32,283 bases of DNA from Candidatus Hodarchaeota archaeon (GTDB taxonomy: Archaea > Asgardarchaeota > Heimdallarchaeia > Hodarchaeales > Hodarchaeaceae), in the NCBI GenBank assembly GCA_016839815.1, contig JAEOTM010000175.1, forward strand, positions 1-32,283, read 5' to 3'. Positions 16,889 to 26,622 of the stretch are shown here, one piece after another (the stretch's first letter is position 1; each line of letters starts with the position of its first letter). The position numbers and the translations under genes are program-made. Under the pieces are notes generated by a model that worked only from the letters and a program-made list of their open reading frames with translations, did not search any database and was not told the origin of the DNA.

Positions 16889-17425
16889 TTATCCAATTGG
16901 TTCCTCCAAGAAGCTAGTACTTAAGATATTCTTGACTCTTTTCCATCTAGGTAGCATATACCCAATATAGATGGGAAGAAATAACAACAAGTACAGTATA
17001 ATGAAATCACTTCCGATTTGAGGAAAGATAATTTGGGAAACAACAAACAGAATTAGAATCGAACCAAAATAGTAAAATTGAATTATGGTTCGCATAAATC
17101 CCTGTAAAAACCAGTGAATGGGAAGGTGTTTATTATGAAGAAGGTAATAATAATATGTCCCTGTAGAATAAAAAAACATGGTAACCCCTGCTAGAATACT
17201 ACTTGCAATACCAAGTAATAATGTGTTTTCTTTTAAATAAATTGTGCCCGAGAGAAAAAGAAGGGTCCAAAAAATAATTCCGGCACTCATAAGTCCATAG
17301 CTCAGACCAATAAAGCCTAATGCTCTTTGAATCTGAATGGGCTCTTGGGCACTTATTTTTTCCATTACTTCCTTAATTTCTTCCTTATCCATTTCTTTCA
17401 CGTAAGAATAATTCATTATTAGCAA
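16889..17425 (-). CDS. Four-TM hypothetical membrane protein (start uncertain)
   Basis: Four hydrophobic helices; downstream in-frame ATGs are more likely starts. Confidence 0.7.
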   Translation of the reverse strand: MLIMNYSYVKEMDKEEIKEVMEKISAQEPIQIQRALGFIGLSYGLMSAGIIFWTLLFLSGTIYLKENTLLLGIASSILAGVTMFFYSTGTYYYYLLHNKHLPIHWFLQGFMRTIIQFYYFGSILILFVVSQIIFPQIGSDFIILYLLLFLPIYIGYMLPRWKRVKNILSTSFLEEPIG

Positions 17426-17678
17426 GTATAATCTTTCGATAAGAGGATTTTACTATGCAACGACCAATAGCTATAATAAAACTCAATATGTAAAATGTAT
17501 TACAAGAATTTTCTGGTATTGACAATTTTCCAGTAACTCATTATGACCATATCTACTCAATCCCTTTGAACCCATGTATTAATTAAAACGAAAGAAATGG
17601 AAAAAAAATCACGGTAGAAGGATTTGAAGGGCTAATAATCCAGCAAAGAACTTCCACGACTTAGATTGATGAATTTTA

Positions 17679-18785
17679 TTAATTTAAATCCTCATCTAAA
17701 GAGAAATACCCCCCATATTTAGAATGAATGGCACATGTTCCTTCAGAACCAACCATACATGGGCCTACAGGATTCTCAGGAGAACATTTCTTATTAAAAA
17801 GACTACAATCACGGGGATAGATTTTCCCTAAAATCACATCGGCACATCGACATCCTTTAGGAATATCGCGACCACTAGATATAGGAATATCTTCTTTTAA
17901 CCGAATATTATACTCAGCATACTGTTCAGCCAATTCTAGCCCAGATTTCTCAACCATCCCTATCCCTCGCCATTGAGAATCAACAATTGAATATGCGGTA
18001 TTGATTGCGTCAAGTGCTATTAGGTTACCATCACGAGATACTACGCGTTTGTAGAGATTTTCAGTTCGTGGTTGACTCTGTTTCAATTGCTGCAAGACTT
18101 CTAGAATTCCAAACATTACATCAGCGGGTTCAAACCCGACAACGACGATCGGAATTTGATGATCACGCGAAATTGGTACATACAAACCATAACCGGTTAT
18201 CGCTGACACATGTCCTGGAGCAATAAAACCATCTACTTGGATATCTGGTTGTTTTAATAATAAATTCATGGCTGGAGGAACTAATCGATGAGAAGAGAGA
18301 ATAGATACATTGGAAGGAACACGATTATTAATTAATTCAATGGCTACCATTGGAGCGGTAGTTTCAAAGCCAATCGAGAAAAAAACATACTGAGTCATCG
18401 GATTTTTCTTAGCTAAGCGAACTACATCAAGAAAACTATAAACAATCAGAATAGAGGCTCCTTCAGCTCTTGCAGTTAATAGCGATCCTTGATTGCTGGG
18501 AACACGGGACATATCACCAAAAGTGGCTAGAGTATATCCGTTTTTTGCAAGCCAGATAGCCTGCTCTATGTCAATATTAGGACATACACAGACAGGACAC
18601 CCTGGTCCTGCGATTACCTCTACGTTGGAAGGTAATAATGACCGAATTCCCCAATGAGACACAGTGTATTCATGTGTTCCGCATACATGACATATTTTGA
18701 AATTTTTATCCCCAATTTGAGAGGCAATAGTCGATATTTTCTTACCTAGTTTCTTAATAAAAGCAGGATCTTGATAAGATTTCAT
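17679..18785 (-). CDS. hypD: [NiFe]-hydrogenase maturation protein HypD
   Basis: CGTHE, GPGCPVC, GFETT, PGHVS and the C-terminal Cys cluster ending PVGPCMVGSEGTC. Confidence 0.97.
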   Translation of the reverse strand: MKSYQDPAFIKKLGKKISTIASQIGDKNFKICHVCGTHEYTVSHWGIRSLLPSNVEVIAGPGCPVCVCPNIDIEQAIWLAKNGYTLATFGDMSRVPSNQGSLLTARAEGASILIVYSFLDVVRLAKKNPMTQYVFFSIGFETTAPMVAIELINNRVPSNVSILSSHRLVPPAMNLLLKQPDIQVDGFIAPGHVSAITGYGLYVPISRDHQIPIVVVGFEPADVMFGILEVLQQLKQSQPRTENLYKRVVSRDGNLIALDAINTAYSIVDSQWRGIGMVEKSGLELAEQYAEYNIRLKEDIPISSGRDIPKGCRCADVILGKIYPRDCSLFNKKCSPENPVGPCMVGSEGTCAIHSKYGGYFSLDEDLN

Positions 18786-18812
18786 TAATGAAGTGCTAAT
18801 AAGCTATGCTTA

Positions 18813-19286
18813 ATGAAGATTATGGATGCAATTTCAATACGAAAAGCCACAATTTCAGATGTACCCTCCTTAGTAAATTTGAGGCGATTGATGTTTGAGT
18901 CAATGGGACATGATGATCCGAAATTGTTAAATGCGGGAGATCAGGCTGCGGAAAGCTTTTTTAAAGAGTTTATTCCTACAAAAGATTACCTAGGATGGGT
19001 GGCAGAGAATTCCCATGGTGAAATTGTGAGTAATATAGGTGTAGTTGTTGACCAACATCCTCCAGGTCCAAACAATCTATCAGGAAGAATTGCGTATTTA
19101 ATGAACTTATGTACGCTTTCTACTTATCGCAGACAAGGTATTGCACGAAGATTACTAGAGGAAACGCTTGAATGGGTAAAACAGATGAATATCACCCGTG
19201 TGTCATTACATGCAACAGAGATGGGTAGAGAACTCTATGAGCAGTTGGGATTTAAGAATACAAACGAAATGCGTCTTAAATTGTAA
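18813..19286 (+). CDS. GNAT-family N-acetyltransferase
   Basis: IRKATISD, YRRQGIARRLL (acetyl-CoA motif A), LHATEMGRELYEQLGF. Confidence 0.93.
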   Translation: MKIMDAISIRKATISDVPSLVNLRRLMFESMGHDDPKLLNAGDQAAESFFKEFIPTKDYLGWVAENSHGEIVSNIGVVVDQHPPGPNNLSGRIAYLMNLCTLSTYRRQGIARRLLEETLEWVKQMNITRVSLHATEMGRELYEQLGFKNTNEMRLKL

Positions 19287-19317
19287 TAAAGCTAATGAGT
19301 GCCATATTTAATTACTC

Positions 19318-20685
19318 TTATTTCAAGATTTTTTCTACATATTCCGTTAATTCTTTCAAATCATCTTTCAAGAAAGCTTTGACCTCGATATCATTTTTCT
19401 TGAACGAGGATTCTTCACCCAGGACAATCACTTCAGCATAAGTATCTTGCGAAAGAGCTTCCTTAATTCCTTGAATGAACGAATCCTGAAATATTGGTTC
19501 TAAATCAGTTTGGGGGGGAATTGCTACCAAGAATCTTTTATTTTTCCCAGAAAGTGAGATCTGTATTCCATTATTTCGTTGAAGAGCTCCAACTGTAAAC
19601 CCTTTTACTTTTCCAAGAGTCTTTTTTATTTTCTTACTATAATCAGATAAAAATTTATGATTTTTTCCCAATTCTTTCAAAATTGGAGCTTTTTTTTCCT
19701 CTGTAACTCCAGCAAGCCATTTTATCGCTTCCCTGGGATTACCATGAGAATAAGCATATGCAGATTCGATGTCAGATTTCCCTAACGGCCATGTTGAATT
19801 TTCTTCTGTCAATGTAAGATCAAATTTCTGATGAAAATCTTTTAACATATGTACACAGTAGTCTTGAATATCCTTTTTAGTAAAGCGTTTTAATAAGATG
19901 GGGGGTTCAATTCTACTTTGAACTGCTGTACTTGAGAGATCAAGAATCTTATCCCAAAGTGTGGCTAGACATGCTAAACATAAGACAAAATTACTAGCTT
20001 CATTATGCATCTTCTTGATACTTTCCAACAACTGAAGTTCAGCTTCAGGTCCTAAGGCAATGAACAGTGACTCTAGTTCATCAACAAAGAAAATTAAAGG
20101 CTTATCAACCGATTTAAGAATAACTTGGAGAGCAGCAAAAGCTAATTCTTCATCGTCCATTATGGTTCTATTGAATGATTTTGTCTCCTCGTCTAGATCA
20201 AAACCGGTAAACCATTTAAGGGCTAATTTAGATTGTTTAGGATCTTTCAGAGCAAAAAAACCCTCAATAACAACATTTCCAAGGCCTGGGAATTCAAATG
20301 CTGCATTTTCAACTTTCTTGTATTTTTCTACAAGAAAATCTGCTACATACTCTAAAAGAGCAGCCCCACCTGCCTTAACAGTCTCAAAATAGAAGTGGGA
20401 ATAGATTCTATTAGGATTTGTAGGAACAGGAACATAAACAACGTATGCGTTCGTAACTTCCTCCCGAACAACCCAGTAAAAATGGGTTTTGCCGTACCCC
20501 GCCTCCGCTATGACGGGAACAATCATGGATTCCCTCTTATGCTTTCTTACGGTTTCCAAAGCGTGAGATATCCGATTTATTGCTTCTTTATTAGGCCGTT
20601 TCAAATTGAATATTTCGGGTACATCTGCTCTTGCAGTGAAATTATGAAAAGGATTTTCTATGATAAGATTTGTTACTTGAGTCAT
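19318..20685 (-). CDS. P-loop ATPase (AAA+/STAND-like; DUF2791/BrxD-like) with an extra C-terminal alpha/beta domain
   Basis: N-terminal NPF, Walker A AEAGYGKT, Walker B LIFFVDELE, VQSRI (Arg finger), GNPRE. Confidence 0.8.
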   Translation of the reverse strand: MTQVTNLIIENPFHNFTARADVPEIFNLKRPNKEAINRISHALETVRKHKRESMIVPVIAEAGYGKTHFYWVVREEVTNAYVVYVPVPTNPNRIYSHFYFETVKAGGAALLEYVADFLVEKYKKVENAAFEFPGLGNVVIEGFFALKDPKQSKLALKWFTGFDLDEETKSFNRTIMDDEELAFAALQVILKSVDKPLIFFVDELESLFIALGPEAELQLLESIKKMHNEASNFVLCLACLATLWDKILDLSSTAVQSRIEPPILLKRFTKKDIQDYCVHMLKDFHQKFDLTLTEENSTWPLGKSDIESAYAYSHGNPREAIKWLAGVTEEKKAPILKELGKNHKFLSDYSKKIKKTLGKVKGFTVGALQRNNGIQISLSGKNKRFLVAIPPQTDLEPIFQDSFIQGIKEALSQDTYAEVIVLGEESSFKKNDIEVKAFLKDDLKELTEYVEKILK

Positions 20686-20691
20686 CGTTTT

Positions 20692-21162
20692 CTAGGCCTC
20701 GAATGTTAAATAGTAAAATACGCCTGTACCTGTATCGGAGGTAATACCTCCGTACCCCGCGTGCGATCTAGACATTGCAGTCTGTAAGGTTAGAACTCCT
20801 TGGTCATGAAATGACAGGACTTTTTCATCAAAATAGGGATCAGGGATTTGTTGATTATGATTAACTTTCTCACGTATGTCAGGGATCCTTACTAATGGTT
20901 TCATCGGTGTTGATAAGGAAGTATAAGCTTCACGCAATAATGATAAGAATTGATTATCGCTCAAATCCAATTTCATGGGTTTTTGACCTTCAAGATATTT
21001 CTCTCCCATCGCAGTCAAACAGTACACACTCTTAGTCCCTTTTTTTAGCTGAATCAATCCTTTTTCAGAGAGATTAGACAAGAAATTCCGCTCTGTCTCG
21101 GTTCTAGCGTAATACCCAGTATCTCCAAGAAAATGAATGATTTCAAGGTATGAGGTATGCAT
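20692..21162 (-). CDS. Tandem winged-helix protein, ATPase partner (start probably ATG 21162; ORF extends to 21198)
   Basis: LSEKGLIQ...YCLTAMGEKYL (WH1) and LVRIPDIREKV...FDEKVLSFHDQGVLTLQ (WH2); 6 nt upstream of the ATPase. Confidence 0.7.
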   Translation of the reverse strand: MHTSYLEIIHFLGDTGYYARTETERNFLSNLSEKGLIQLKKGTKSVYCLTAMGEKYLEGQKPMKLDLSDNQFLSLLREAYTSLSTPMKPLVRIPDIREKVNHNQQIPDPYFDEKVLSFHDQGVLTLQTAMSRSHAGYGGITSDTGTGVFYYLTFEA

Positions 21163-21277
21163 ACAATAACAATTCTGAGAGGGGTTTTTAGGCCACATAT
21201 GACTCGGAAGACATCAGGGTAATATAATATAGATTTCAATCCGAGTGATTAACCGATAGAATTCACGGGTTTTTAAC

Positions 21278-22396
21278 ATGGATCTTGATGATTTGCAAAG
21301 AATCTCTGGTTTAGATACCGATGACATGTTTGGGATGGTTTTTACCTGGCCCAAATTAATTGAGAAAATAATGAATCAAACAATAGACATTCCTCTAGAA
21401 ATTTCAGTCGGAAGCTATCATATTTCGTATAAGAATGAAATTTCGAACATTCTAATATGTGGAATGGGTGGTTCCGCAGTGAGCGGAGATTACATCTCTA
21501 CATATTATGCAAATTCTCTGACTCAGCCAATAATAGTCCGACGCAATTATACGATACCCAATTTTGCGTCGATAAATACTCTGGTTATTGCAATCTCCTA
21601 TTCAGGAAATACAGAGGAAACGATTTCTGGATTAAATGCTGCTATCAAAAATAGATGCCCAATCATCTGTATTGGTAGCGGAGGAAAGCTAGAGGAATTC
21701 TCTATAGCTAATAGAATACCATTTTTCAGAATTCCTGCAGGAAACCAACCTCGTGCGTCTTTTCCTTTATTATTATTCCCTATTCTAAAGATTCTTGACG
21801 CCATGAACGTCGTGAAACTGGATTCAAACGTAATACAAGAGATCATTCGAAGTTTGAAGAAACAACGGGAGCTCATTAGGCCGCAAACCCTAACTTCCGA
21901 AAATCAAGCTAAACAATTAGCTATAAAACTACACAACTATGTTCCAGTTATTTGGTCTCCATATTTTTGTGTAGCAAATCGACTAAAATGCCAGATTAAT
22001 GAGAATTCTAAGCAGTTAGCGATTGCAGAAGAATTACCTGAATTAAATCACAATCATATTGTCGGATTCCAAAGTCTAAGAAAAGATAATCCATTTATAG
22101 TAGTCATTCTCCGTTTTCCTTCCGAACATCCGAATGTTTCGCTTCGTTTCGACATTTCTACTGAAATTATTAAACAAAAAGTGAAAATACTAAAAATTCA
22201 AATCGACTCAGGGGATTTACTTACTCAATTAATTACTGCTACATATTTAGGGGATTATATTTCTATTTATCTTGCTTTACTCAACAATCAAAATCCGAAT
22301 ACTGTAGATAGTATTGATTTTTTGAAAGAACAGATGGAAAAGCGTGGACAAACTCAATCTTCCTTAATGAAAGATTTAGATAAATTGTCAACTTAA
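21278..22396 (+). CDS. Bifunctional phosphoglucose/phosphomannose isomerase (archaeal PGI/PMI)
   Basis: GMGGS, SYSGNTEET, QPRA, NENSK, ELNHN. Confidence 0.93.
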   Translation: MDLDDLQRISGLDTDDMFGMVFTWPKLIEKIMNQTIDIPLEISVGSYHISYKNEISNILICGMGGSAVSGDYISTYYANSLTQPIIVRRNYTIPNFASINTLVIAISYSGNTEETISGLNAAIKNRCPIICIGSGGKLEEFSIANRIPFFRIPAGNQPRASFPLLLFPILKILDAMNVVKLDSNVIQEIIRSLKKQRELIRPQTLTSENQAKQLAIKLHNYVPVIWSPYFCVANRLKCQINENSKQLAIAEELPELNHNHIVGFQSLRKDNPFIVVILRFPSEHPNVSLRFDISTEIIKQKVKILKIQIDSGDLLTQLITATYLGDYISIYLALLNNQNPNTVDSIDFLKEQMEKRGQTQSSLMKDLDKLST

Positions 22397-22478
22397 TCAT
22401 AACGGAAAAAGTAGGCAAAAAAAACTATAGTGAAATATTGAAACTCATAATTATCGCTAAGAAGGATAGATTTCAAAC

Positions 22479-23837
22479 ATGACCAATTCTAATTACGATG
22501 TTGTAATCACGGGTGCTGGAACAGCCGGTAGTATGGCAGCAGCTGCACTAGCTAACAAAGGACTTAAGGTCGCATTGTTAGATCGACAACCAAAAGAAAA
22601 AATCGGAGTAAAAATATGTGGGGACGCGACTAGTGGAGAGCACTTTAAACGGATCCAGTCTATCACAAAAGTCGATCCTCCAAAAGGAGATGAAGTTATA
22701 CAGAATGTGGCTGGAGCATGGTTATATTCCCCTGATCGAGAGATTAAACTTGAACTAGTGGAAGAAGGAGGAACGGGAATTATTATTGACCGATTTAAAC
22801 TTGGTATGAGAATATTGGAAAATGCAATTGACTTTGGTGCCGAATTATTTGATAATACAATGGTTAAAGAGCCTATCATTACGAATGATTATGTTACAGG
22901 TATTAAGTACCGCGGAAAAGATAAAAATATTCATGAAATGACAGGTAAGGTCATTATTGATGCATCAGGGATTATCGGAGTACTAAGAACTAAGCTAAAC
23001 CCAGAAAAGACATTTATGGATTTAGAACTTGCTACTAAAGATGTTTGTAATTGTTATCGAGAAATTAGGGATGTTGAACCTGAGATTGAATCACCCGAAT
23101 TTATTCGGTTAATCTTCGATCAAGATGTAGCCAAGGGTGGGTATATCTGGGAGTTTCCAAGAGGGCCCCATTCCATGAATGCAGGTTTAGGTGTTATGCG
23201 TACCTATCAAATGAACCCACATAAGCAATTTGATGTTTTTATTGAGCAGCAGAAGGCCCTCTACAAGAATTCAAAACTTGTTCATGGGGGTGCATGGCGA
23301 GTACCTCTTAGACGCCCCCAGGATAATCTTGTTTGGAATGGGTTTATGCTCATTGGTGATTCAGGCACTCAAGTAAAACCAACTGATGGAGGAGGAATTG
23401 GAATATCAGTTAATGCCGCCGCTATGGCAAGTCAAACAATTATTTCTGCATTAGAAAACGATAACGTTTCCATGGAAGGATTGTGGGATTATAATGTACA
23501 ATTTATGCGTAGTATTGCCCCTATAAATGCTCCTCTTGCGATTATGAAAGATTTTATCATTCCTATGCCTAGTTCGATCATTAATGAGATATTCCACAAA
23601 GAAATTCTTACTGGGGATGATATGCTTTACGGTAATGCTTCAGGAAATATTTCAAGCGGATTTATGGTTAACTTGATACGTGCTTGGCGCGGAAAGCGGA
23701 TTTTAGGTACACTAATGAAGTTTAGAGGAATTTTAAAAAAGATGGACAGAGCACGAACTCTTTACGAGACATTTCCGGATAAACCAGCAGACTTTCAATC
23801 GTGGCGACGTGAAATATTTAATATATATGGAGAATAA
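22479..23837 (+). CDS. Geranylgeranyl reductase family (digeranylgeranylglycerophospholipid reductase-like)
   Basis: GAGTAG FAD motif, KICGD, GGYIWEFP (YxWxFP), IGDSG...P..GGGI. Confidence 0.9.
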   Translation: MTNSNYDVVITGAGTAGSMAAAALANKGLKVALLDRQPKEKIGVKICGDATSGEHFKRIQSITKVDPPKGDEVIQNVAGAWLYSPDREIKLELVEEGGTGIIIDRFKLGMRILENAIDFGAELFDNTMVKEPIITNDYVTGIKYRGKDKNIHEMTGKVIIDASGIIGVLRTKLNPEKTFMDLELATKDVCNCYREIRDVEPEIESPEFIRLIFDQDVAKGGYIWEFPRGPHSMNAGLGVMRTYQMNPHKQFDVFIEQQKALYKNSKLVHGGAWRVPLRRPQDNLVWNGFMLIGDSGTQVKPTDGGGIGISVNAAAMASQTIISALENDNVSMEGLWDYNVQFMRSIAPINAPLAIMKDFIIPMPSSIINEIFHKEILTGDDMLYGNASGNISSGFMVNLIRAWRGKRILGTLMKFRGILKKMDRARTLYETFPDKPADFQSWRREIFNIYGE

Positions 23838-23865
23838 GCCTCTATAATCTATTTTCTCTTTTTTT

Positions 23866-26412
23866 TTACAAAAACAGGTCACTTATCTGTACAAATTCAG
23901 GTGGACAAACATGGAGATTTCCCACTGCTGCTGAATAAACATAACCTGAAAAATGTCCAAGTACCTTGGTTGCTTGTTTGTACAAATATGCATTTTCCAG
24001 AGAGCTTGAAGAGATAAGTAGTTCAAACAGATCGTTCCCCTTACCTTTCCATTTAGAGAGATGGAATCCAATTTTTACTGTATTAGGTGTTAATAAGTAA
24101 TTAAAGTAATTATCACCAAAAATATTAGCAGGAGGAATTTCTTCGAATATTTCCAGTGGAACCTCAAGTAAATGCAGATAGTTTGGATTTTGTGGGTTCT
24201 CATCATCCATTAGCACTTCTGGATTGGTTTTAAAGTATGATTCTTTAATAATATCAAATCCCTGTGAAAAAAGAGAAGCAATTAAGCTTGCATTTGACAC
24301 CAAATATTTTCGTAATGCTGTAACTCCCTCATTATAACGCATCTCTCGTAGAGCTTTGATTTCTTGATTTTTTGCAAAATCTGTGGGTTGTTCTATCATA
24401 CTTTGTAATTGTGAGGGGATTTTATTATAGAAATGATGGGCAATAAGCATTTCGATGGCGAAATGTAATCCATTAAGTAATTCAAAAATAGCTACTGCTT
24501 TCTTGCTGTCCTTGTCCTTCTTTGGGAACAATCTTTGTAAAGTGAAAATCGTAGAAACATCTTGGAGCACTTCAGAGGCATCGTGTACTTGCCATCCAGA
24601 ACCTGTTTGTGAATATTTAAACCAAGGAGGTTCAGTTACTTTCTTTGACCCTATCAGCTTCTCAAAGTTTTGAATCTCTTTGGAAATTCTCTCCTTTAAC
24701 TTCTGAATCTCTTTTTGGGTAATTTCTTTTAATGATGTGATTTCCTGTTCATTAATGGTTTTTTTCCCTTTAGCCTTCTTCAAGACTTTCTGCAACCCAT
24801 TTACGACTTTATCCGAAATACTATTATGATTAGGATAATCTAGATGGATCTCTATCTCAATAGTCGAATTTCCATTCTTTAAATCTGACCAAGTGCTATC
24901 AATTAATGAAAGAAGAGGGTTATGTAACTCTTCTTGAATTTTTCTATAATTATTCATCTCAAACTGCTTAATATACTTTATAGGGTTGTCTTTCAGTACT
25001 TCACATAGATTATTAGTACTTAACTCTTTTAAAGTTGGAAAACAACCATTCAGAACAGTTGTCTTCCATTTATAGCTAAAAATCTTCTCCAAAAACGTAG
25101 TTAGATGATTTACCTGTTCTAATTGGGTTGCAAGCAGAGTAATATAAGATGTCAGATCAGAAAAGATTTTTCCAACACTCGTATTATCGCCTATTAACAG
25201 ATATGATAATAAGGATGAAGTGGTCTTTATCAACGCATTTTCAAGGGATTTTTGAGCATAGGTAGCAGTTTCAGGATTCCCAGACAGATCATACACCCGA
25301 TCAATTTCAAGGGTAGGTAAGGGACGATTTCTAGAAATAAGGTTAGAAAGTTCTTTCTTCAGTCGATCTCCACTCATTCGCTTTATTGTCTGTGGATTTA
25401 ACTCGATTAAGAAGCTTAAAAATGCATTGAAGAAAGGGTTCTTCCTAAAATTAAAATGAGCTTCTTCTTCAACTAACATTTGAAGTAATTCTTCGGAACG
25501 AATAATCGTATTGAGATTTTTCTTAGGAAAAGCAAGATCAAGGAGTTGCTTAGCGATTACCAGTCCCTGCTCCCCAAATGGATTATTAACGTACCCAGAT
25601 ATGAATTCCTTAAGGATTAAACCTGCAGTTACCTGTTTAGGTTGATTAGCAGGCCAATGAAATTCTGTCTCAGATAATGCTTGTTTCAATAGAGCGGCTG
25701 GTCCTTGTTTGCTAATTTCTTCAGAAATAATTGATTTTATCTTAGAACGTAATGTTGGTAGGATACCCTCAATTTTTCGAGCAGTTATTAGGATAGACAT
25801 GTCATTTTTTAATAAGGAGCCTAATGTTAGCCAGACAGCCTCGTTTATAGCATTTTCTATTTTTTCTGCGTAAGTGAGATCTTGTAATGATAACCCAAGT
25901 TCCTGTGTGATAAAACTACGGTCTATCTCATTAATTAACTTTTCTAGGGTGTCTGTTTCACGAAATGGTGAATGTCTTACCTGCTTACGCCAAGCAACAA
26001 CTGCTTGATAGCATAGTTTCACCTGGAAACGTTCAGGTAAAGCACCCACAAGTAAGATTTCCTCAAATGCAGGGTTCCATACATAGTCAGAAAGATATTT
26101 ATGTCCTAAAACACCAGATAAAACCTTAATTTGGCTTTCGATTTTCTGTGCAAAGTGTGACTTACTCCAGATGAAAAAACCGACAAGTGAATCATGACCT
26201 ACATTCTGAATAAATATACGTCCCTTTTCAGCTTGGATATCATCCAACAATCCCATTCCCGTTTCCGAACTTGTCAATGAAGAAATTGCTGTTAGTATAC
26301 CCCCGAATAACACGGATTGTTCATTACTAAATCCAATACTAACTGTGGGAATTCCATGGTTAACAATAAAAAAGGCGATTTGTGGTGCAACCGGTGATTT
26401 CTTTCGGGCCAC
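23866..26412 (-). CDS. Large protein (848 aa) with an N-terminal longin-like domain and a long helical region
   Basis: FFIVNHGIPTVS...VLFGGILTAISSL...IQAEKGRIFI fits a longin; GAGG SD before the GTG; coiled-coil-like EITQKEIQKLKERISKEIQNFEK. Confidence 0.75.
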   Translation of the reverse strand: MARKKSPVAPQIAFFIVNHGIPTVSIGFSNEQSVLFGGILTAISSLTSSETGMGLLDDIQAEKGRIFIQNVGHDSLVGFFIWSKSHFAQKIESQIKVLSGVLGHKYLSDYVWNPAFEEILLVGALPERFQVKLCYQAVVAWRKQVRHSPFRETDTLEKLINEIDRSFITQELGLSLQDLTYAEKIENAINEAVWLTLGSLLKNDMSILITARKIEGILPTLRSKIKSIISEEISKQGPAALLKQALSETEFHWPANQPKQVTAGLILKEFISGYVNNPFGEQGLVIAKQLLDLAFPKKNLNTIIRSEELLQMLVEEEAHFNFRKNPFFNAFLSFLIELNPQTIKRMSGDRLKKELSNLISRNRPLPTLEIDRVYDLSGNPETATYAQKSLENALIKTTSSLLSYLLIGDNTSVGKIFSDLTSYITLLATQLEQVNHLTTFLEKIFSYKWKTTVLNGCFPTLKELSTNNLCEVLKDNPIKYIKQFEMNNYRKIQEELHNPLLSLIDSTWSDLKNGNSTIEIEIHLDYPNHNSISDKVVNGLQKVLKKAKGKKTINEQEITSLKEITQKEIQKLKERISKEIQNFEKLIGSKKVTEPPWFKYSQTGSGWQVHDASEVLQDVSTIFTLQRLFPKKDKDSKKAVAIFELLNGLHFAIEMLIAHHFYNKIPSQLQSMIEQPTDFAKNQEIKALREMRYNEGVTALRKYLVSNASLIASLFSQGFDIIKESYFKTNPEVLMDDENPQNPNYLHLLEVPLEIFEEIPPANIFGDNYFNYLLTPNTVKIGFHLSKWKGKGNDLFELLISSSSLENAYLYKQATKVLGHFSGYVYSAAVGNLHVCPPEFVQISDLFL

Positions 26413-26622
26413 TGATTTTTCCTCAATGATAGATTATTTTTGGAGAAGTACACTGAGTGTGTGTTCTCTGTGTGTAGTGTAAATGATGTATTTGAACGAA
26501 TGACTTTCCTTAATTTACTAAGTATTCAAGAGCTATTTTAACCAATGGGAATGAAGTGAATCAACTACTTGAACAATTGTCTATCCCCTTAGTGGTAACA
26601 ACGACTTAGTAAAAAGAGGATT

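Noticed and set aside
19318-21198. BREX system, or an ESCRT-II subunit call for the tandem-WH protein
   Set aside because: No pglZ/pglX/brxC in the window; no ESCRT gene context or recognisable Vps22/25/36 sequence features.
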